From assembly GCA_016700035.1 (NCBI GenBank), contig CP064998.1, forward strand, positions 135,021-199,020: a stretch of DNA of 64,000 nucleotides, in the 5' to 3' direction. Each line of letters opens with the position of its first letter. The stretch's first letter is position 1. Below are positions 56,546 to 64,000 of this stretch, piece after piece. Position numbers and translations under genes: made by a program. The DNA is from a bacterium. Lineage in GTDB: Bacteria; Patescibacteriota; Saccharimonadia; CAILAD01; GCA-016700035. A model generated the notes under the pieces. The model made no database searches. It saw only the letters and a list, made by a program, of their open reading frames with translations, and had not been told where the DNA came from.

Positions 56546-59419
56546 GTGGTGAAAAAGACTACATCAAAATATATGGATGGCCTCAATGCGGAGCAGGAAA
56601 AGGCGGTTTCACATATTTCAGGTCCTGCTATGGTGATTGCTGGAGCTGGGACGGGGAAAACTAAAGTTATAACTTCGCGCATAGCCTATCTGATAGAGCA
56701 GGGGCATGCATTGCCAGAGGAGATTTTGGCTCTGACTTTTACCGAAAAAGCCACTACCGAAATGGAGGAACGAGTAGATAAACTATTACCCTACGGGTAT
56801 GTAGATACTCATATCAAGACTTTTCATGCTTTAGGTTATGAAATATTGCAGGAGCATGGCTTTGAAATAGGCTTACCTCCGCAGCTTAAAGTAATATCAA
56901 GCTTACAGCAACATATTTTATTGCAGGAAATATTAGAGTCTTTCGATGAGGTTAAATATTTTCGACCATCACATAATCCTCAGCAGTTTAGGTCAGTATT
57001 ATTACAGCTTTTCTCTAGATTAAAGGATGATGGCTTGCACCCAGAAGAGTATTACAGCGAGCTCCAGATACTCCAGAAGAGTAACCCTAATCTTTTGGAT
57101 GCTGATGAATGGGATAAATACTATGAAGCATCTAAAATATATGCAATCTATCAAGATAGTATGAGCAGTCGAGGATTTTTAGATTATGGAGATCAGTTAT
57201 TATATGTTTATAATTTATTGTTAAAAAAACAACATTTACGTCGTAAATATCAAAAGTTGTATAAATATGTGCTAGTTGATGAGTATCAAGACACTAATAA
57301 GCTTCAGGCAAAAATTGTTAATCTCATGCTATCCGATAGTAAGAACTTAATGGTGGTAGGAGATGATGATCAGTCAATTTATCAGTTTCGTGGTACAGAT
57401 CTGGATAATATGCTGAAGTTTGAAGAATCTTATTCGGATGCAAAGTTTTATACTCTAACTGAAAATTATCGTTCAACTCAGCATATTATTGATGTAGCTT
57501 ACTCACTAATCCAGCATAATAATCCAGCCCGATTAGAGATTCAGACTGGCTTATCGAAAAAACTACATGCCCAGCGCCGTGGGCGTAAACCAGTCGTAAT
57601 TCAATATGGTAATAATCATGAAGAAATTCATGCAATTGCATCGGCTCTGCAGGAAAGAATAAAGCATGGTGAAGGTCCAAATGGTATTGCAGTTTTGTGT
57701 CGCAATAATACGCAAACGGATGAAATGATACATTATTTACAACACTTGGGTATTGCTGTGGCGTCACAGTCTAATTCGAATTTATTGCATGCTCCAGTTG
57801 TGCGTCAGTGTATTGATTTTGTCCGAATCTTGCATGATGAAGATGATTCGGCAGCATTATACCGTTATTTAGTCTCGCCTAAGCTAGGTGCTTCGACCGC
57901 TAGAGTGATGGAATTGAGCGCTAAGGCTCACAGCAATCGAGTGTCTCTTAGTCAGGTAATATCCGAACATCGAAATGATGCACAGTATGAATTTAATGCG
58001 GTAAAAGCTTTAGGTGGCTATCGAGAGATAGCTCATAATCATACTATTGGTGAAATTTTATACCGTTTTATTACAGATGGTGGATATTTAGAGCAGTTAG
58101 CAAATACTGCGCTAAATGATAGTGTTGCGGCCCGCGAGGTTCAGCAATTGGCAGCTTTCTTTACAATTGTGAAAGAGTTTGAGGCTGTAGAAAAGCATCG
58201 GGATAGCTATCATTTCTGGAGTTACATTCAGGATATGTATAGCTCTGATATTTTAGATGAGGTTGAATTGATGGATGAAGCTAATGGGGTGCATGTCTTA
58301 ACTGCGCATCGTGCTAAGGGCTTAGAATTTGAAACTGTTTACTTATATGACGTAACAGAAGGCAATTTTCCTGCAACCAGGCGGTCTAACCCGATGAAAA
58401 CCCCGCATGATTTAATTTCTGAACCACAAGATATTGTGCGTAATCATGAGAATGAAGAGCGTCGGCTGATGTATGTTGCAATGACGCGCGCAAAAAAGAA
58501 TCTAATCTTAACATTTTCCCCCGATCATGGCGGCAAGCGGACTCGTAAGCCATCTCGGTTCTTATTGGAGGCCTTTGGTGCAAATTTATTCATTGAAAAC
58601 GAAACAGTATCGGGTGGTATACCGTCAATTCTTACTCGATATGGAACCCATAATAAAAATCAGGAATATGATTTACCGGTATTCCCGATAGATGATGATG
58701 GCTATTTAACTTTGACACCTAATCAGATTGCTGATTATTTGGCCGACCCATCACGTTTTTATGTCCGTCATATTCTAAAATTTCCTTCACTACCGTCGCA
58801 CCAGATGGTTTACGGGGTGTCGATTCATGCTGGATTAGAGTATTTTTATACCGAGAAATTAGCAGGTCGCAAGCCTCAACTCGCCACAATGTTAGAGGTT
58901 TTTAGGGGCGCCTGGAGGAGTGAAGGATTTGTTTCATTGCGGCACGAGAATGAGCGTCGAAAGCAGGGAGAGGTTAGCTTGAGTCGTTACTATAAGACTT
59001 TTATTGATGTGGCAGATCCAGTTGTAGCTGTTGAGAAAGAGTTTTTATTGCGTGTTCCTGAATATAAAATATATATTAAGGGACGATACGATATTGTTGT
59101 AAAAAATACAGATAGTAATGGGGTTACAATCTGTGATTTTAAGACAAGCCATGTTGCAAATGAGAAGACAGCCAAAGATAAGGTACGTGATTCGGTGCAG
59201 ATGGGTATCTATGCTCTAGCCTGGGATGAGTTAAATGATGAAAAAGTTACATCAATAGCTCTGTATTTTACGGAATCTCAAATATTGGCAGAGCGAACAA
59301 AGATTGAGCATGCAAAGACACTGAAAAAAATAGCTGAAGTAGCAGAAGGCATAAGAGCAAATCTCTATCCGAAGCGTGGAAATCTAACTGACTTAGAGAC
59401 GGAAGGACTATTTAGTTAA
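56546..59419 (+). CDS. UvrD/PcrA-family SF1 helicase fused to a C-terminal PD-(D/E)xK (RecB-like) nuclease domain
   Basis: LNAEQEKAV...GAGTGKTKVITSRIAYL (motif I), VDEYQDTN (motif II); C-terminal GRYDIVV...ICDFKTSHV nuclease motif. Confidence 0.8.
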   Translation: MVKKTTSKYMDGLNAEQEKAVSHISGPAMVIAGAGTGKTKVITSRIAYLIEQGHALPEEILALTFTEKATTEMEERVDKLLPYGYVDTHIKTFHALGYEILQEHGFEIGLPPQLKVISSLQQHILLQEILESFDEVKYFRPSHNPQQFRSVLLQLFSRLKDDGLHPEEYYSELQILQKSNPNLLDADEWDKYYEASKIYAIYQDSMSSRGFLDYGDQLLYVYNLLLKKQHLRRKYQKLYKYVLVDEYQDTNKLQAKIVNLMLSDSKNLMVVGDDDQSIYQFRGTDLDNMLKFEESYSDAKFYTLTENYRSTQHIIDVAYSLIQHNNPARLEIQTGLSKKLHAQRRGRKPVVIQYGNNHEEIHAIASALQERIKHGEGPNGIAVLCRNNTQTDEMIHYLQHLGIAVASQSNSNLLHAPVVRQCIDFVRILHDEDDSAALYRYLVSPKLGASTARVMELSAKAHSNRVSLSQVISEHRNDAQYEFNAVKALGGYREIAHNHTIGEILYRFITDGGYLEQLANTALNDSVAAREVQQLAAFFTIVKEFEAVEKHRDSYHFWSYIQDMYSSDILDEVELMDEANGVHVLTAHRAKGLEFETVYLYDVTEGNFPATRRSNPMKTPHDLISEPQDIVRNHENEERRLMYVAMTRAKKNLILTFSPDHGGKRTRKPSRFLLEAFGANLFIENETVSGGIPSILTRYGTHNKNQEYDLPVFPIDDDGYLTLTPNQIADYLADPSRFYVRHILKFPSLPSHQMVYGVSIHAGLEYFYTEKLAGRKPQLATMLEVFRGAWRSEGFVSLRHENERRKQGEVSLSRYYKTFIDVADPVVAVEKEFLLRVPEYKIYIKGRYDIVVKNTDSNGVTICDFKTSHVANEKTAKDKVRDSVQMGIYALAWDELNDEKVTSIALYFTESQILAERTKIEHAKTLKKIAEVAEGIRANLYPKRGNLTDLETEGLFS

Positions 59420-59423
59420 TAAT

Positions 59424-59843
59424 ATGAGCTATCGAGATCAGGAGTGGCTAGAGAATTTATTAGCTGATATATGGTATAAGCATTTTGACGATGTCGAGCA
59501 AAACAATGACGTAGTAATTATATGGGCTAAGCGCGCCAAGCGTCGTTTAGGCTCTATTGAAGTAGACGCAAGGGATGGGCATACCTCTATTATTAAAGTA
59601 AATCGGTTATTTCAGGATTTAGAGGTTCCGGAATATGTTATTCGGGCCACGATTGTGCATGAGATGACTCATTACGCCCACGGCTTTGGCTCACCACATG
59701 AGCAGAAGCAAAAGCATCCGCATAGCGGTGGTGTGGTGCGACGTGAGTTTGCTGAACGTGGGTTAGTTGATTTGTATATTCAGCAGAAGCGCTGGCTAAG
59801 AGAAAACTGGCGAGATTTTTTGTTGAAGAAAGGTATGATGTAG
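59424..59843 (+). CDS. SprT-like/WLM-type zinc metallopeptidase domain protein (HExxH)
   Basis: IVHEMTHYAH zinc-binding motif in a small basic protein directly downstream of the helicase-nuclease gene. Confidence 0.5.
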   Translation: MSYRDQEWLENLLADIWYKHFDDVEQNNDVVIIWAKRAKRRLGSIEVDARDGHTSIIKVNRLFQDLEVPEYVIRATIVHEMTHYAHGFGSPHEQKQKHPHSGGVVRREFAERGLVDLYIQQKRWLRENWRDFLLKKGMM

Positions 59844-59880
59844 GTATTTTGTTCGTGTTTTAGGGTATACTAGTAATGTT

Positions 59881-60963
59881 ATGGAAGTTTTGATTATAGT
59901 TTTACTGGTAGGGATCTTTATTGCATTGGCCTTTCTTGTTTTTCGCAATTTAGGTATGGGGTCTGCTAAGTCTAGCGATCTTGATACTAGTGCGGTTCAG
60001 CTTTTAAAACAAGATCTTCAGAATATGCAACAGCTCTTAGTCCAGACGCAATCCAATATGCAGGATAGATTAGATAAGAATAATACAAATGTACAGGAAA
60101 GTGTGCATCAACAGATGAAGCAGTCATCTGAGATTATTCGTCAAGTAACCGAACGATTAACGCAATTGGATGAAACCAATAGGCGCGTTGTGGATATTAC
60201 ATCGGAATTAAAGACCTTACAGAATGTTCTGCAGAACCCAAAGCAGAGGGGTGTATTGGGGGAGTACTATTTATCGCAAGTTTTAGAGAATGTATTACCT
60301 CCAACGCAGTATAAATTACAATATGGCTTTAAGAATGGTGATATTGTAGATGCTGTTATCTTTCTAGATAAAGGTAAGATCTTGCCGGTTGATTCAAAAT
60401 TTAGTCTGGAGAACTATAATCGAATTATAGAGCGTAAAGATCCTGGTGAGCGTGAAAAATTAATACGGCAGTTCAAGCAGGATCTAAAAAGTAGAATTGA
60501 TGAAACATCTAAGTATATTAGGCCACATGAGGGTACAATGGATTTTGCTTTTATGTTCATTCCCTCGGAGGCGATATATTATGATTTGCTGGTTAATAAG
60601 GTAGGAACAGCCAATACTACTGCGCGCGATCTAATCGAGTATGCTTTCCGAGATAAGCATGTGATTATTGTGTCGCCAACTTCATTTATGGCATACCTAC
60701 AGACGGTCTTGCAGGGCTTACGGTCGCTACAAATAGAGGAGCAAGCCAGAGACATTCAGGAGAGAGTTGGCTTGCTTGCGCGTCACTTAAAGAGTTACGA
60801 TACATATATGCAAAAGATGGGGAATTCACTTTCAACGACAGTTGGGCACTATAATACGGCGTATAAAGAGTTCAAGAAGGTAGATAAGGATGTCGTTAAG
60901 ATTGCTCAAACTGAACAGGTAATTGAACCATTGCTAGTTGATAAGCCAACAACAGATGATTAA
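59881..60963 (+). CDS. rmuC: DNA recombination protein RmuC-like (N-terminal TM + coiled coil, C-terminal RmuC domain)
   Basis: Gln-rich coiled coil; MDFAFMFIPSEAIYYDLL matches the RmuC core. Confidence 0.65.
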   Translation: MEVLIIVLLVGIFIALAFLVFRNLGMGSAKSSDLDTSAVQLLKQDLQNMQQLLVQTQSNMQDRLDKNNTNVQESVHQQMKQSSEIIRQVTERLTQLDETNRRVVDITSELKTLQNVLQNPKQRGVLGEYYLSQVLENVLPPTQYKLQYGFKNGDIVDAVIFLDKGKILPVDSKFSLENYNRIIERKDPGEREKLIRQFKQDLKSRIDETSKYIRPHEGTMDFAFMFIPSEAIYYDLLVNKVGTANTTARDLIEYAFRDKHVIIVSPTSFMAYLQTVLQGLRSLQIEEQARDIQERVGLLARHLKSYDTYMQKMGNSLSTTVGHYNTAYKEFKKVDKDVVKIAQTEQVIEPLLVDKPTTDD

Positions 60964-60975
60964 AGGGGATTTTTT

Positions 60976-61968
60976 ATGAAGAAGCGAATACTATCAGGTA
61001 TTAAGCCAACCGGAGATGTGCATCTGGGAGGATATTTAGGGGCAATGCGTGAGTGGCCTAAATTTCAGTCTCCTGATAATGAGGTTTTTTATTTTATTGC
61101 TGACTTGCATGCCCTAAATATTCGCCCCAGTGCCGATGAATTGCGCAGTAAGACCTATGATTTGGTGGCTTGGCTTCTTGCACTAGGTATTGATAGTGAG
61201 AATAATTCGATATACTTACAGTCTCAGGTTCCAGAGCATAGTGAGTTGTGTTGGTTGCTAAACAATTTTGTAACTATGGGGGAGCTCTCCAGGATGACTC
61301 AGTATAAAGATAAGGCCAGTAAGAATGGCTCAGAAGGACAGTTGGTGGCGTTATTTACTTACCCTGTATTGATGGCGGCAGATATCTTGCTCTATGATGC
61401 CGATGAAGTGCCAGTTGGTGCAGACCAGACCCAGCATGTGGAGCTGACGCGCGATATTGCCCAGCGCTTTAATGGAATATATGGCAGTGAGTCGCTAAAG
61501 TTACCTAAGTTTACGAATCCTAGTCATTCAGCTCGAGTTATGATGCTCGATGATCCGACTAGCAAGATGAGTAAGAGTGAGGGTGGGGATGGTTGTGTGT
61601 ACCTATCAGACTCGGAAGACGTAATCAGCCGTAAATTTAGCCGTGCTGTAACGGATTCTGAATCTTCTGTGAGATTTGATAAGGAGAATAAGCCAGGGGT
61701 AAGTAACTTACTGGAGATATTGGCATCGGTTAATGGAGAAAGTATTGAATTACTTGAAGAAAAGTTTTCTGGATCTGGCTATGGAGAATTAAAGCAGGCA
61801 GTTGCACAGGCCGTTTTGACAGAAATATTGCCTCTCCAGAAGGAGTATCGCAAGCTACGTGCGGATGAGGGGCATTTAGATACTATATTGCATAGAGGTA
61901 GAGAAAGAGTTGCTCCGCTTGCCCAGTACAAATTGGCTCAACTCAAGTCTATCATTGGACTAGTGTAA
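60976..61968 (+). CDS. trpS: tryptophanyl-tRNA synthetase
   Basis: ILSGIKPTGDVHLGGYLGA (HIGH-type), KMSKSEG (KMSKS). Confidence 0.9.
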   Translation: MKKRILSGIKPTGDVHLGGYLGAMREWPKFQSPDNEVFYFIADLHALNIRPSADELRSKTYDLVAWLLALGIDSENNSIYLQSQVPEHSELCWLLNNFVTMGELSRMTQYKDKASKNGSEGQLVALFTYPVLMAADILLYDADEVPVGADQTQHVELTRDIAQRFNGIYGSESLKLPKFTNPSHSARVMMLDDPTSKMSKSEGGDGCVYLSDSEDVISRKFSRAVTDSESSVRFDKENKPGVSNLLEILASVNGESIELLEEKFSGSGYGELKQAVAQAVLTEILPLQKEYRKLRADEGHLDTILHRGRERVAPLAQYKLAQLKSIIGLV

Positions 61969-62019
61969 AAAATACAATACTCTTTTACAGAGTAGAGATG
62001 ATAAAAATCATAAAATATA

Positions 62020-62048
62020 TTGACAAAGCATAAGGAGTTTGATAAACT
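62020..62048 (+). promoter_or_regulatory. sigma70-like promoter TTGACA-17-TAAACT immediately after trpS
   Basis: perfect -35, 17-bp spacer, -10 with T1/A2/T6. Confidence 0.45.
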
Positions 62049-62054
62049 AGAGTC

Positions 62055-62594
62055 AATCTAGTTCATTTAAAACCAAAAACAAAAACAAAAACCAAGTAAC
62101 ATTTTTCCCATAAAACTTTGTAAGTCGCTTGGTCTCCATAAAGGCGACTTACTTGTTTTGTGAACAGTAGGGTAACTCCGACCTGTAGACATCCCCCTTG
62201 TCTCGGGTCGGGCTTCCCCTACTGTTCTAGGGTGCCTCATCGAGAGAGGCGAATCATCCCCGACAGATAAATCCTTGTTAAAGCTAAGATAGGGTAGGTC
62301 ACCGACTTGTACTATCACCAAAGCTTTATAGATAACCAGCCAAGCCTACAAGGCAAAGTTGGTTAACAGAGACTTGTCTAGACGGATGGTAGGGAAATAG
62401 GCTAGACAAACAAAAGTGTACCTTATCTCGAAAAAAGTCAGCCTAAACTTGGATAGCTAGGCTTAAATAAGCTTAGATACCCGTATATCGGGGCAGCACG
62501 TGCCAATTGAATCTTTCTCTTTAGGGCAGATGTGACTGCCCCGTAACCAATTACTTATTTTAGAGATCACCCATTTGTTAGGGTGATTTTTTGT
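62055..62594 (+). ncRNA. candidate about 540-nt structured non-coding RNA of unknown class (promoter to intrinsic terminator, no ORF of 60 aa or more on + strand)
   Basis: multiple perfect long hairpins: GTAAGTCGC/GCGACTTAC (62120..62152), GAACAGTAGGG/CCCTACTGTTC (62162..62227) enclosing CCGACC/GGTCGG, CGGGGCAG/CTGCCCCG (62488..62543); ends at terminator 62566..62594. Confidence 0.4.
62566..62594 (+). terminator. intrinsic terminator GATCACCC-atttgtta-GGGTGATC... followed by TTTTTT
   Basis: 7-8 bp GC-containing stem + U-run on + strand only. Confidence 0.6.
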
Positions 62595-62807
62595 TAGGGA
62601 ATGATTATTCATGAAAAGACTTCGGCTGATTGCGATATTAAGTAGAAACTGTTTGGTATTGAGTGGAAATATCAAACAGTTAAATGACGAGTCGTATAAG
62701 AAAGTAGGTCAGTATAATGAATAAAAAAAGTAGTCGATAGAAAATTCCAAATACTGTAAATAAAATTGGTATTCAATATTATATAATTTGTATTCAAATA
62801 ATCTACT

Positions 62808-63242
62808 GTGGAAAAACTGTCGAAAAATAGCGATAATAGTAATAGTATGCGTGATGCACCCCACCGACAGCTTGCCCTCTATATTTCGGTAACGATTTTT
62901 GCTTTACTGCTCTCGTCTAGCGTAGTGGGCTTCTTGCTGCTTACTACATCACCTAGGGATATTGGTAGCTTAGGGGTGACCATTTGGTTTATTGCACTAT
63001 TCATACTAGTAGTATCTGGCTTGATTCTGCTGCGCTACGGCTTTTCTTACCGTAAACATCCTGAAGCTCAGGAGAGATTATTAATTTATAAATCTTCGAT
63101 TAGAAATAGTGTTGTGATGGGGCTATTTATTGTAATTGGTCTGGCAATGCAGAGTTTACGTATGTTGAATCTGGGTGATATACTGCTCTTCTTGCTAACT
63201 CTTGCTATAATTGAACTATATTTTCGAACAAAGAAGTCATGA
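62808..63242 (+). CDS. hypothetical integral membrane protein (4 TM)
   Basis: hydrophobic helices; stop overlaps pheS start. Confidence 0.5.
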   Translation: MEKLSKNSDNSNSMRDAPHRQLALYISVTIFALLLSSSVVGFLLLTTSPRDIGSLGVTIWFIALFILVVSGLILLRYGFSYRKHPEAQERLLIYKSSIRNSVVMGLFIVIGLAMQSLRMLNLGDILLFLLTLAIIELYFRTKKS

Positions 63243-64000
63243 AAAATCCACTAGAAATACTTGATCAGGTTGAATCCGAATATATTACACTAATAGCCTC
63301 TGCTTCAAAACAGCAGGATTTACTTGATATTAAATCAAAGTTGATTGGCCGACAGGGGAGATTGCAACAGGTATTGAAGTCACTCGGTTCGCTGAATGTT
63401 GAGGAACGGCGCGAGGTTGGCTCTAGAGCTAATATACTCAGACAAAAAATTGAAGAAGCTATAATCTCTCGAGAGAAGACAATTGCACAATCCGAGGATA
63501 ATGCATTGTCAGCGGTTGACTTATCACTTCCGTTACGCACAGAACAGCTAACTGGACATGGACATCCGACACAGTTAGTGCTTGATGATATTTATGAAGT
63601 ATTTTTAAGGCTTGGCTTTGCAGTTGTTGATGGGCCGGAGGTGGAGACTGACTGGTATAATTTTGAGGTTCTAAATATGCCACCCGATCATCCGGCACGA
63701 GACATGCAGGACACCTTTTATCTAGAGGCAGATACCGGCAGGGTGCCACTTGTGCCACGTACGCATACTTCGGCGGCACAAATTCGCTATTTGGAGAATA
63801 ATCAACCACCATTTAAGATTATTGTTCCAGGTAAGGTGTATCGTAATGAGGATGAAGATAGGACACACTCCTGGACTTTCTATCAAGTGGAGGGCTTGGT
63901 GGTTGGTGAGGATGTGAGTATGGCCGACCTTAAGGGAACACTATTGCATTGTGTACAGTTGTTATTGGGTCAAGACGTAAAGATACGATTTCGACCGAGC
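63239..64000 (+). CDS. pheS: phenylalanyl-tRNA synthetase alpha subunit, 5' portion (runs off window end)
   Basis: manual translation: MKNPLEILDQVE...PDHPARDMQDTFY...VPRTHTSAAQIRYLE...FKIIVPGKVYRNE (class II motif 1/2 region of PheS); not in the ORF track because no stop in window. Confidence 0.85.
   Translation, partial: MKNPLEILDQVESEYITLIASASKQQDLLDIKSKLIGRQGRLQQVLKSLGSLNVEERREVGSRANILRQKIEEAIISREKTIAQSEDNALSAVDLSLPLRTEQLTGHGHPTQLVLDDIYEVFLRLGFAVVDGPEVETDWYNFEVLNMPPDHPARDMQDTFYLEADTGRVPLVPRTHTSAAQIRYLENNQPPFKIIVPGKVYRNEDEDRTHSWTFYQVEGLVVGEDVSMADLKGTLLHCVQLLLGQDVKIRFRPS

Noticed and set aside
62071-62100. aaaccaaaaacaaaaacaaaaacc as a possible CRISPR or other short tandem repeat
   Set aside because: Imperfect (A)nC purine-rich low-complexity run about 30 nt long; no spacer/repeat periodicity, no cas genes anywhere in the window.
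17903-62430. 11-nt identity CCTTATCTCGA between the thrS leader (17903..) and the candidate ncRNA (62420..)
   Set aside because: Single short match with no flanking similarity; compatible with chance in 64 kb.

Overview
This 64-kb window looks like a compact, gene-dense chromosomal segment from a small-genome, Gram-positive-like bacterium. The gene content suggests a CPR/Saccharibacteria-type organism, but that is an inference from the gene content only. It is about 90% coding with many overlapping start/stop codons.

Housekeeping genes recognised directly from the protein sequences include thrS, argS, trpS, pheS (5' part), miaA, infC-rpmI-rplT, rplY, rpmB, smpB, uppP, nrdR, a class I fructose-bisphosphate aldolase gene (no symbol assigned), a ComM/YifB-family gene and a murT-gatD pair. 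Six tRNA-type or stable RNAs are readable: tRNA-Asp, tRNA-Gly, tRNA-Thr, tRNA-Val, tRNA-Pro, plus RNase P RNA and tmRNA.

The accessory content is dominated by cell-surface biology:
- Three glycan-assembly loci: a processive GT2 with a QxxRW motif plus a WecA-like transferase; a WbaP-like phosphotransferase plus a GT1; and a GalT-like/GT28/GT4/GT4 block.
- Two paralogous three-gene cassettes. Each encodes a giant (2107 aa or 1505 aa) membrane-anchored surface protein with a shared C-terminal array of FN3/PAP-N-like domains and a conserved C-terminal tail motif. Each giant gene is translationally coupled to a MacB/FtsX-type ABC ATPase and permease.

This duplicated giant-adhesin plus MacB-like ABC module is, in my reading, the best candidate for a previously undescribed system.

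Other notable items:
- A textbook T-box antiterminator (bulge UGGAACC) sits in the thrS leader.
- A roughly 540-nt promoter-to-terminator non-coding region downstream of trpS is highly structured and may be a novel ncRNA.
- The tRNA-Asp 3' end together with its terminator is duplicated, which is att-like.
- infC starts with AUU.

No CRISPR array, rRNA or recognisable transposase/integrase was seen. Coordinates for non-ORF features were counted by hand and may be off by 1-2 nt.
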